Of a stretch of 44,113 nt of DNA, positions 34,189 through 41,727 are shown piece after piece; within the stretch, counting starts at the first letter, position 1, and the number at the start of each line of letters is the position of its first letter. The position numbers were made by a program, and so were the translations under genes. Origin of the DNA: a virus. The notes below the pieces were generated by a model that saw only the letters and a list, made by a program, of their open reading frames with translations, was not told the DNA's origin and did no database searches. The stretch lies in the IMG/VR virus record IMGVR_UViG_3300028422_000241. One strand, given 5' to 3'.

Positions 34189-35295
34189 TTAGATCTTAGT
34201 TAAATATTTTTTATCAACTGCGCCGGTGACAGCGCCAGTTTTCAACGTGGAAATTACCACCCTTGAGCCGTTGATCTCACGCACATACAGTGTTGAGCTG
34301 TACACCCATGAGGCAAAGGTCGAGGTTTTGCCGTACACCGGAGCGCCGGCCTGCATACGCACCTTGTCACCAACAGCCAGGGTGCTGCTTACGGGTGCCG
34401 GAGTGGCTGCCACTGCTTGGCCTCCCTGGCCCGTGATAAATGTATCAAAGCCGGCGGCTTTAATCTTGCTCAGCATAGCCTCGGCGTTAGCTTTGTTGCT
34501 GTACGCGCCAACCTGTACCTTATGGAGCCCTCCGCTCGTCACAAGGTAGGTGTCAAAGCCTTTTGCCTTGAGCTTTGCGGCCAGGGCATCCGCATTGGCT
34601 TTTAAACCAAAAGCACCCGTTTGCACACGGTACAGGGTACCGGCAGCCGCAGGTGTTTCAACCTTTGCATTACCTGCATCAAGCAGCTTTTGCACCTCTG
34701 CTCTGAACCAGTCCATTGTTTTGCCAAAGGGCTTGAGCCAGTTGTGCGGGTCCCCATGGTTGCCGCCGTACCCGGCGAGGTAGCTTTCCTGGTGGCTGCT
34801 GATCTTGTCCACACCAAAGCTGTACAGCTTGCAGAGGTAAGCGCAAAACTCCTGCGCCTCTTTCATAACGGCGCTGAAATAGGCCTCATCGTTCAGCCCG
34901 TCCTCGCACATTTCAAACTGCACCCGGGCTGTGGGGTTGTAGTTGTAGGATCCTTTTGATCCGGATCCAACGCCCCAGCAACAAATATCAAAGGGGAGTG
35001 TTTGGTATGTTTCAACCTTGCCGGCTGCATTTACGCCAATAAAGGCGTGAACGCACACAGAACGCCCCAGCTGTGCCGCCGGCATATTCCAGTGGTTGTT
35101 ATAGAGGTTAGTGCCAATATCGGCTATAATGGCCGCATAATCGGCATCGGTTTTGAGCGGCTGCACATACCGCTTGAGGGTTTTGTTGTTGGCCCCCGTG
35201 GAGTGCACCACAATGCCGGTGGGTTTTCCACCGGTCATTTTTGTGCCCTTTTTGTAACAGTCATTTGCAGTTAGGATGCATTTTTTAAGTGTCAT
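34189..35295 (-). CDS. Endolysin: N-acetylmuramoyl-L-alanine amidase (Amidase_2/PGRP-like) with SPOR and SH3-like wall-binding domains
   Basis: GIVVHSTG...SSHQE...GNHGDPHNW amidase motifs. SPOR-like segment YRVQTGAFGLKANADALAAKLKAKGFDTYL...VQVGAY. Confidence 0.88.
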   Translation of the reverse strand: MTLKKCILTANDCYKKGTKMTGGKPTGIVVHSTGANNKTLKRYVQPLKTDADYAAIIADIGTNLYNNHWNMPAAQLGRSVCVHAFIGVNAAGKVETYQTLPFDICCWGVGSGSKGSYNYNPTARVQFEMCEDGLNDEAYFSAVMKEAQEFCAYLCKLYSFGVDKISSHQESYLAGYGGNHGDPHNWLKPFGKTMDWFRAEVQKLLDAGNAKVETPAAAGTLYRVQTGAFGLKANADALAAKLKAKGFDTYLVTSGGLHKVQVGAYSNKANAEAMLSKIKAAGFDTFITGQGGQAVAATPAPVSSTLAVGDKVRMQAGAPVYGKTSTFASWVYSSTLYVREINGSRVVISTLKTGAVTGAVDKKYLTKI

Positions 35296-35339
35296 AATTG
35301 ATCCTCCTTAAAATTAAAGCAGCTCCGCAGAGCTGCTAT

Positions 35340-35645
35340 TTAACTAAGCCCTATACGAGTGAGTATATAAGCCACCAAACCGGCAACCACAGCGAGTATG
35401 ATTTTATCAACAACGCCCTCCCACCGTTTAGCGGATTTACCTGCCAAGGTTTTTACATCGGTTTTTATTTCTTTAATATCAGTGTCTATGGTGTCCTGCC
35501 GCTGGGCAATGAGTGCAATGCTCGTGAGCATTTTGTCACTGTCCGCTTGTTTCTTTTCAACCTCATCCAAACGGTGTGAGTTTGATTTAGAGCGGGCATC
35601 CACCTCCGTGATCTTAACTAAAAGATCCTGTGTATTGTCGGCCAT
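35340..35645 (-). CDS. XhlA-like lysis-associated membrane protein
   Basis: 101 aa with an N-terminal coiled-coil and a C-terminal TM segment (ILAVVAGLVAYILTRI). Positioned upstream of the endolysin gene. Confidence 0.6.
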   Translation of the reverse strand: MADNTQDLLVKITEVDARSKSNSHRLDEVEKKQADSDKMLTSIALIAQRQDTIDTDIKEIKTDVKTLAGKSAKRWEGVVDKIILAVVAGLVAYILTRIGLS

Positions 35646-35659
35646 AGTGGCGCCCTCCC

Positions 35660-35812
35660 TTATTCTTTAATTACCTGCCCATTTTCTGTGACGGTGTAAC
35701 CATCAGCGGCGAGAATTTCATCGATGCCCTCTTTGTACTGCGGGTACCTTGCAACAACGGTGTTGTAGTCTAAGGCGCCCATCTCAATACGCATTGCAAA
35801 ATATTTGGCCAT
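35660..35812 (-). CDS. Small protein (XkdX-position), hypothetical
   Basis: 50 aa (MAKYFAMRIEMGALDYNTVVARYPQYKEGIDEIL...), below the ORF-track cutoff. It fills an otherwise empty gap. Confidence 0.4.
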   Translation of the reverse strand: MAKYFAMRIEMGALDYNTVVARYPQYKEGIDEILAADGYTVTENGQVIKE

Positions 35813-35815
35813 AGC

Positions 35816-36184
35816 TTATACCCCCTCATCAATGCCAAAGAGGATAAAGTCCACAGCCTCCATGGTGCTGCCTAAAGCCTCTTTGAGCCTTTCGTTTTCT
35901 GCCTCCAGCGCAGCAATGCGCTCACCCTCTGTGGGTGGTTTCTGCGGTGTCGGAGCCTGCCACGATGCTGCGGTGTCATACCACGCATTAAAATCTGCAG
36001 CAATTTCCTGCTCTGTGGCTGAGGTAAGCATATAAACCTCATCGGCCTCATAGCTCACCGCGCCCGTTTCGCTGTCAACAGTTTCGGTTATGTTTTTGCG
36101 CATCCAGAGATCGGCATCCCCGGAGGGCAGGCTCATATACTTAATACTGTCCGGGCGTTGTGTGTAAAACGCTTTTGTGATCAT
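35816..36184 (-). CDS. Hypothetical acidic protein (XkdW-position)
   Basis: 122 aa. AAGGAG lies 9 nt before ATG 36184. The start overlaps the RT 3' end by 44 nt. Confidence 0.5.
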   Translation of the reverse strand: MITKAFYTQRPDSIKYMSLPSGDADLWMRKNITETVDSETGAVSYEADEVYMLTSATEQEIAADFNAWYDTAASWQAPTPQKPPTEGERIAALEAENERLKEALGSTMEAVDFILFGIDEGV

Positions 36185-37289
36185 TGTTTGCCACTCCTTT
36201 TTTAGCCTCTCGGCTTATTGTTTTTCTTGCAGCCTTAAACACCTCTTTAAGGTGTAAAGCAATAGCAACCCTGTGAGAATTGGTGTACTTAAAATAGCCC
36301 CTGTATGAAACGATCCGGCGGGCATTTTGCAGGAATATGCAAAGCCCTGCCTGCATACGCCTCCAGGCTCTTATTAGCGCCCTGCGAGCGCGTATAAAGG
36401 TGCGTGCCCGTATTGTTGTGCACTCTTTGCCCACAACAAAGCCCATCATATCCGGCGGCTCCTTGGCCGTCTGTTTGATATGGTGGGCCGGTTTAATGGT
36501 AAGGCCTAACTGCTTGAAAAGGTACTCCTCAAACAGCTTAGAGGCCATTTTAAGATCGCGCTTTGATGGTCCGGTTATATACACATCATCCATAAACATA
36601 AGTATGTGGGCTATAAGGTTTTGCCGCTTGCCCCGGCGCTCCTTGTACAGCTGCTCTGAGGCATAATGGTAAGCGTATGACATTACATAGTTGCAAAGCC
36701 ACTGGCTTAAAAAGCTGCCTATTGAGAGGCCGTGTTCATAGGATCCGACAAGAGCAAGCACAAACCATATAAGCACCGGGTTTTTGTGTATATCACGCTC
36801 CAGCAGTTTGCGGATCGTGCGGCTGCTTATGCTTTCAAAGCAATGCCGCACGTCCATTTTGTCATAATACTTGGTGCCCCTGGGATCCGTCCGGATCCAC
36901 TTCTCAAGGGCTTTTTTACCGTAAATTTGGCCGCGCCCCGGTACGCTTGCGCACTGAAACACGCCAACCTTTGCCTTTAACATTGGCATGAGCGCATACA
37001 CCGCAACATAATTCATACACTGCTGCATAGCACTTTCAATGCCGAGCCTGCGGAGTTTTCCGCTGCTTTTGTCTATCCGGTCACGATAGTGTATAGGCGG
37101 CAGATCAAGATCACGGGCTTTTATACGCTCCGTGATCTCAGCCGCTATGCCGTGGGCTCCTCCGTACCTCGCGGAAAGCCTTTGAAAGCCAGGCCTGCGC
37201 CGCTTTTTAGGATCTGAAATACAGAGGTTTACCCACGGCTCTATTGTGTCGGGATCTGTTATATCAACATTCTTACAGTATGTTTTCAC
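36141..37289 (-). CDS. DGR reverse transcriptase
   Basis: Motifs SVPGRGQIYG, KMDVRHCFESIS, GLSIGSFLSQ (the DGR-type IGxxxSQ) and MFMDDVYI. GTG 37289 lies 6 nt after AGGAGG. Directly follows the TR. Confidence 0.92.
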   Translation of the reverse strand: MKTYCKNVDITDPDTIEPWVNLCISDPKKRRRPGFQRLSARYGGAHGIAAEITERIKARDLDLPPIHYRDRIDKSSGKLRRLGIESAMQQCMNYVAVYALMPMLKAKVGVFQCASVPGRGQIYGKKALEKWIRTDPRGTKYYDKMDVRHCFESISSRTIRKLLERDIHKNPVLIWFVLALVGSYEHGLSIGSFLSQWLCNYVMSYAYHYASEQLYKERRGKRQNLIAHILMFMDDVYITGPSKRDLKMASKLFEEYLFKQLGLTIKPAHHIKQTAKEPPDMMGFVVGKECTTIRARTFIRARRALIRAWRRMQAGLCIFLQNARRIVSYRGYFKYTNSHRVAIALHLKEVFKAARKTISREAKKGVANNDHKSVLHTTPGQY

Positions 37290-37460
37290 AAAACCCCTCC
37301 TAAATATCGTCTGGTTGAGCACAAGGGCTTTCGGTTTGCTCTACTAACCCCAGGAGCAGCCTTGTTATGCTGCCCCTCCTTGCGGTGCCGGTTCAAGCTC
37401 AATTTTTGGGTTATTAGCCCAAGGAATGTACTGCGTAATAAATTAAATATCTTACCAGAT

Positions 37461-37565
37461 GCGCGGGCGCCGATGTTCCAGTTAGCATTGGCGAGGCCAT
37501 TGTTCAAATTAGCACAAGCCAGGCCGCTGTTGCCGGCATTGTTCAGATTACCGAAAGCCTGCCAC
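37461..37565 (-). repeat. DGR template repeat (TR)
   Basis: 105 bp, non-coding. In the VR frame it reads WQAFGNLNNAGNSGLACANLNNGLANANWNIGARA, with 10 AAY codons. Confidence 0.92.
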
Positions 37566-37608
37566 AGCATGGACAAAGGGCACGAGGGTCCACAGCACAT
37601 CCCTGTAT

Positions 37609-37652
37609 GAGGGGCTACCGCCCCTCTATACGGCGGCCTACGCCGCCGTATA
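37609..37652 (-). promoter_or_regulatory. Two abutting GC-rich hairpins with 4-nt loops just 3' of the VR
   Basis: 37627-37652: TATACGGCGGC-GUAG-GCCGCCGTATA (11-bp stem, with the target stop codon TAG in the loop). 37609-37626: GAGGGGC-GGUA-GCCCCTC (7-bp stem). No U-run follows either hairpin. Confidence 0.7.
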
Positions 37653-39410
37653 TTCACCCCGATTGCCACCGGAGCCACACGCGCGGGCGCCGATGCCCCA
37701 GTAAGCACTGGCGAGGCCACCGCCCAAATCAGCACAAGCCAGGCCGCTGAGGCCGGCATCGGCCAGAGAACCGAAAGCCAGCCACTCACGCCAGCCAATG
37801 GTATTTTGCGCATCGCGGTATGTAGCGCACCGGTAGCCGGTTGTTGAGCTGCCGGCAAGCAGGGTGGGTATCATGTATTTTTCTTGACTGTTAGCACTCC
37901 AGCTAAGCTCCGCATTATATGCCCAGGCGGCTGTTTCCTCTTTGGGGATAGTGCCGAGGGTAACGGGGCTGGTGCCGGCATTAGCGCTTGCAATGTGGGC
38001 GGCTCTGCGGTTAGCATAAACCGTATAGCCGTTTACGGCATCCTCATAAAGTGTGGTGTCTGCCGGTATCTCGTACATACCAAGCATAACCTCAATGCCC
38101 TGCAGCTTAAACGGCTCTTTGCCGCTGGTGTTGTTTGTCGGGCTGCCATCGTTGCCCTGTACCTCGTCTGTGGCGCCTGTAAGCCACGGCTGAGGGTTAA
38201 TAGCGGTAACACCAACAACCGTGTTAAAAGTGCCCTCTATGGCTAAATTAACGGCCTTATAGGCGGTGCTTTCAATGGTGACATCCTCAATGCTTGCAAT
38301 GGTTGCAATGTCGCATACATCGTAACAGGTGGCTTTGGATCTGTCTGTTTCGGTTCCGAGTGATACCCGGCTGCCGACAACAAAGAAAGCAGCCTGCGGA
38401 GCAGTTAAGAGTATACGTTTTACACCGGTTTCCGACACGGCAGCCGTGTAAGAGGTGTAATAAGAACGGCAGCCGCTCATTTTGGTTGCGTTTCCGAGGT
38501 CCGCATATTTGATCTCAAGCATAAGCTGTAAAAATGCAATGTCACAGAGGGAGGATCCACAATACTGATTGCCCCACTCACGCCACTTTGCAATTTGCCC
38601 ATCATGGCTGATCGAGGTTGATCCTACCGATCCGGTTCTCAAGGTTGCGGGCTGTACACCGGAAATGCTGGACAGCTTGCCGGCTGTGTTATAACCGGCG
38701 GCATACTTTGCATGAATGACAAAGCCGCGCACGGAATTGTCAGCAGCTCTCACGGCCTCCGGTAAGGGCTCAAAACCCTCTGTTTCCTGCGCCCTGTATT
38801 CAACCTTTTTGGTTGTTTCGGTTGTGGTGCGGCGTACCCATCCGGTCATTTGCATAACACCCACAAGGCTGCTTGCAGGCGTTGCAGAAAACGTGCCATA
38901 AACGCCTTTTATCGCCGTAATAACAGGCTCGAGGGTATCAGCATCAATGGTATAGTTGACGTCATGCACCATGAACAGCGTGAGGCTTGCGTAATCGTCT
39001 GTACCGGGTGCGGCAATGGTGCCGGGGGTGCAGGTGAGTGTCGCATTATCATCCTGTTTTGTACCAAGAGGGCTGTTGCTGGTTGCATACTTGTAAAACT
39101 CTGTTGTATAGGTTTCATTGATTGTTTTAGCGGCCGCCTTGTAAAAGCGGTCGGCAATGTCTGCGAGGCTGCTGTCCTTGCTTGCCGCATTTGCCTGCAC
39201 AAACATCTTAAACGCCTCTTTAGCCCCGTATTTTTCAATCAATATGGGGACTATAAAAAGATCGTTTGTGTCATTCGCACGCACGCTGCCCAGGGGTAAA
39301 CGGTAGAGCGCCATCAGCCCGTTTGTATCGGGCTGCACGCCCAGCACATACGCCTGCTCACTCACTTCATCGGGGATCGGCTTTTCAATTACAGAAACAG
39401 TGTTTGCCAT
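37638..39410 (-). CDS. DGR target protein: tail-module (putative receptor-binding) protein with a C-terminal variable region
   Basis: 590 aa, AAGGAGG RBS. The VR lies 13 codons before the C-terminus, ending ...WLAFGSLADAGLSGLACADLGGGLASAYWGIGARACGSGGNRGEYTAA. Located downstream of the tail fibre gene. Confidence 0.85.
   Translation of the reverse strand: MANTVSVIEKPIPDEVSEQAYVLGVQPDTNGLMALYRLPLGSVRANDTNDLFIVPILIEKYGAKEAFKMFVQANAASKDSSLADIADRFYKAAAKTINETYTTEFYKYATSNSPLGTKQDDNATLTCTPGTIAAPGTDDYASLTLFMVHDVNYTIDADTLEPVITAIKGVYGTFSATPASSLVGVMQMTGWVRRTTTETTKKVEYRAQETEGFEPLPEAVRAADNSVRGFVIHAKYAAGYNTAGKLSSISGVQPATLRTGSVGSTSISHDGQIAKWREWGNQYCGSSLCDIAFLQLMLEIKYADLGNATKMSGCRSYYTSYTAAVSETGVKRILLTAPQAAFFVVGSRVSLGTETDRSKATCYDVCDIATIASIEDVTIESTAYKAVNLAIEGTFNTVVGVTAINPQPWLTGATDEVQGNDGSPTNNTSGKEPFKLQGIEVMLGMYEIPADTTLYEDAVNGYTVYANRRAAHIASANAGTSPVTLGTIPKEETAAWAYNAELSWSANSQEKYMIPTLLAGSSTTGYRCATYRDAQNTIGWREWLAFGSLADAGLSGLACADLGGGLASAYWGIGARACGSGGNRGEYTAA
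37681..37785 (-). repeat. DGR variable repeat (VR)
   Basis: 105 bp. It differs from the TR at 17 positions, all of them TR adenines on the coding strand. Confidence 0.92.
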
Positions 39411-39415
39411 TTGAT

Positions 39416-39586
39416 TTATTCCTCCTTAATATCCAAAAGATAAGCCCCTCGCTCATCACGGAGGAGCTTGTTGTTTTCATCGACAATAAACGTAAAACCG
39501 GCAGGAGGTTCTAAAACAACGCTGCCGTGCCGCAGGAGTAAAAGCGTGATCGGGTTGTTGTCGATCGGGCGGGTTATAATGTTCAT
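39416..39586 (-). CDS. Hypothetical small protein
   Basis: 56 aa (MNIITRPIDNNPITLLLLRHGSVVLEPPAGF...), below the ORF-track cutoff. It fills the gap before the target gene. Confidence 0.4.
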   Translation of the reverse strand: MNIITRPIDNNPITLLLLRHGSVVLEPPAGFTFIVDENNKLLRDERGAYLLDIKEE

Positions 39587-39591
39587 ACGCC

Positions 39592-39816
39592 TCACCCGTC
39601 AATCAGCACAACCCACTCGCGCTCATTCGACAGCACATAAACCATACCGGCCTCCGCTATAACTGCGGTGCTGCCGGGGCGTGGCCTGTCAACGTCCTGT
39701 GAATTTTTGCCGGTGGGCAGGTTGTCAACATCTGCGATGGTGTCGCACACATACTCTGTGTAAATACCTGCGTTGTCAACAAGATAGGTGCCGCCTTGTC
39801 TTAATGTTGAAATCAT
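39592..39816 (-). CDS. Hypothetical small protein
   Basis: 74 aa, follows the tail fibre gene. Confidence 0.5.
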   Translation of the reverse strand: MISTLRQGGTYLVDNAGIYTEYVCDTIADVDNLPTGKNSQDVDRPRPGSTAVIAEAGMVYVLSNEREWVVLIDG

Positions 39817-39829
39817 GTTTTTACCCTCC

Positions 39830-41113
39830 TTATCTTAATGCAATATAGTAATAGTAATGGCCGCTTTCATTCGAGCGTATTTCATTACTTATATATTGGT
39901 TCACCCTAAAGCCGTTGCCCACAATGCCGAGCACACAATAATAGTTGCTCCATGAGGTTATGTAAGCGTTATCGGCGTTACGGCTAATTACGTTATAGCC
40001 GCGGAGTGCCAAACCACCGTGCAGATCGTCCACGTCATCGTGGGTGTTCCCCTCGGCATCAAAGAGCAAAACCGCTTTTGGATAAAAGCCGAGATCGATA
40101 ACACGGGCCTGGGTGTTGTCACCCTGGTACACACCCGTTACAAAAAGGTTATCAGCCACCAAGGACAAGAGGGCGCTTTGCGTTGTAACACCCGTGCCAC
40201 CCATTGAAATTGGCAGCGTTCCAAATATCGGGTTGCCGTTAGAGGGTGAGTATAAAGCACCGGTGCCCCTCACCGTCAGCATTGCATCGCCGCCATTGCT
40301 TTTAAGCAGGCCGCCGGAGGTCGGGTTAGTAAGACCGGTACCGCCACGCAAAGGGGAAAGCACACCGGCGTTGATGTCAACAGTGCTGTGGGTGTGTGAC
40401 TGTGCGGCAGCTCCGGCCTGTGCAGCGGTAACGCCATGGGGGTTGCTCCGGTTGTTTATGTGGTTGATCAAGTTTGTAATTGCCAGCTTGATTTTTCCAA
40501 AGGCAGTGGAGATCTTTTCACCCGATGTAAGGGTTGCAAAGGTGCTTGCCTGGTCATATGTGGGTGTCTGGTCATTGGTTGCCACATTCGGCACGTTACC
40601 GAGCCCCACCTGCGTTTTTGTAACGCTGTGGGGGTTTGAAGTGTTCCCGGTGTGGGCGTTGAAGTCTGCGGCAGAGGCATAAACAAGGGAACTGTTAATG
40701 GCCGCCGCCACGTTCTCTGCATCGCCTACAAAGATAAGGGCATCAAACTGCATTTCAAGTATGCGGTTTGTGTTACTCGGCACATAGTCTGCCGTGCTTT
40801 CGTCCTCGTTGCCGATAGCATAAAGGATCTCGGCGCTTTCGTTGTCCGGATCTTCTGCAAAAAACCCCGCCTCTGTGATGTGAAAGCCGTCTGTAATAGC
40901 GCTGTTGGTAAATGAGCCGGTAAGCGTTACATATTCATCGCCTACCTCCATATTTGAAATGGGCAGCGTAATAACCGGGTTTGAAAGCCCGGTTGCAGCT
41001 TTGGCCTCCTGGGGTGCGCCGTTGCCAAGCTGTATTTTGGTAAAGTTAATGGTTTCACCGGTTAAAGCTCTGAGCAATAGGTTTTTGCCGGCCGCCGTTA
41101 AGTTAGGTGTCAT
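39830..41113 (-). CDS. Tail fibre protein
   Basis: N-terminus LTAAGKNLLLRALTGETINFTKIQLGNG is tail-collar/fibre-like. Repeated SNPH(S/G)VT motif. ATGA overlap with the XkdU-like gene. Confidence 0.8.
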   Translation of the reverse strand: MTPNLTAAGKNLLLRALTGETINFTKIQLGNGAPQEAKAATGLSNPVITLPISNMEVGDEYVTLTGSFTNSAITDGFHITEAGFFAEDPDNESAEILYAIGNEDESTADYVPSNTNRILEMQFDALIFVGDAENVAAAINSSLVYASAADFNAHTGNTSNPHSVTKTQVGLGNVPNVATNDQTPTYDQASTFATLTSGEKISTAFGKIKLAITNLINHINNRSNPHGVTAAQAGAAAQSHTHSTVDINAGVLSPLRGGTGLTNPTSGGLLKSNGGDAMLTVRGTGALYSPSNGNPIFGTLPISMGGTGVTTQSALLSLVADNLFVTGVYQGDNTQARVIDLGFYPKAVLLFDAEGNTHDDVDDLHGGLALRGYNVISRNADNAYITSWSNYYCVLGIVGNGFRVNQYISNEIRSNESGHYYYYIALR

Positions 41114-41727
41114 ACATATACCTCCTCATATAAAATTTTGCTTTCTGCCTGCTCCATAAGGACGGCGCCCTCCTCATCGGTAAGCAAAACAATATTGCTC
41201 ATATCCCAGGGCTGCGTTGTCATTTCCTGCCTTATGGAGTGCCGGAAAGTTGCTCCCACAAAGTGCGGCGTATTTATCTTTGTAAGCAGTATAATAGGAT
41301 CAATGAGCACGTTTGCGGAAACATACCGCCGCATATCGTCTAAGAGGTGTATGTAATCAACCGACACAGGCAAAGCCGTGTGCAGCACATACCCCTCAAT
41401 GGCAGGTGGCGGGTTATCATTTCCGCAGGAGGCTTTTAACCAATTCACCAGCCAGTTATATGTGTACACAACGCCATAAGTCCAGGCGGTTTTTATACGC
41501 TGCTTGCGTTCCTCAAGCGTTTCTGTGCTTACTGAGGTGATATTGAGCTCCTTTTCCCAAACTGCAACGCCCTCCTCGGTTGCCGTGTCTATAAATTGAT
41601 TTTCCATAACAAGGTTTAACGCATCCCAAGCCCTCTCAATTTCGGGCTGCTGCGCATCCGTTATGGCCATAAATTCCATAACGGAGCGCAAAACGGGTGG
41701 GAGGTAGTCAATGAGTTTTCTATTCAT
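41110..41727 (-). CDS. Baseplate-associated protein (XkdU / YmfQ, DUF2313-like)
   Basis: LIDYLPPVLRSVMEF...QFIDTATEEGVAVWEKELNI pattern. Follows the baseplate J gene. Confidence 0.75.
   Translation of the reverse strand: MNRKLIDYLPPVLRSVMEFMAITDAQQPEIERAWDALNLVMENQFIDTATEEGVAVWEKELNITSVSTETLEERKQRIKTAWTYGVVYTYNWLVNWLKASCGNDNPPPAIEGYVLHTALPVSVDYIHLLDDMRRYVSANVLIDPIILLTKINTPHFVGATFRHSIRQEMTTQPWDMSNIVLLTDEEGAVLMEQAESKILYEEVYV

Larger units (their letters stand above)
36141..37785 (-). mobile_element. Diversity-generating retroelement core (VR, twin hairpins, TR, spacer, RT)
   Basis: See the TR, VR and RT features. The element reads in the order VR-TR-RT on the minus strand. Confidence 0.92.

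Noticed and set aside
37566-37608. Possible extension of TR/VR homology 5' of the 105-bp repeat
   Set aside because: Only patchy similarity (about half of positions) to the corresponding VR-upstream segment, and the differences are not A-specific. The repeat boundary is therefore kept at GTGGC (37565 and 37785).
37286-37858. 190-aa minus-strand ORF spanning the TR and overlapping the target gene 3' end
   Set aside because: Its TR-derived part (..AFGNLNNAGNSGLACANLNNGLANANWNIGARA..) is just the template repeat read in the VR-equivalent frame. It has no RBS. It overlaps the well-supported target gene in another frame and runs into the RT start. It is treated as an artefact of the DGR repeat.
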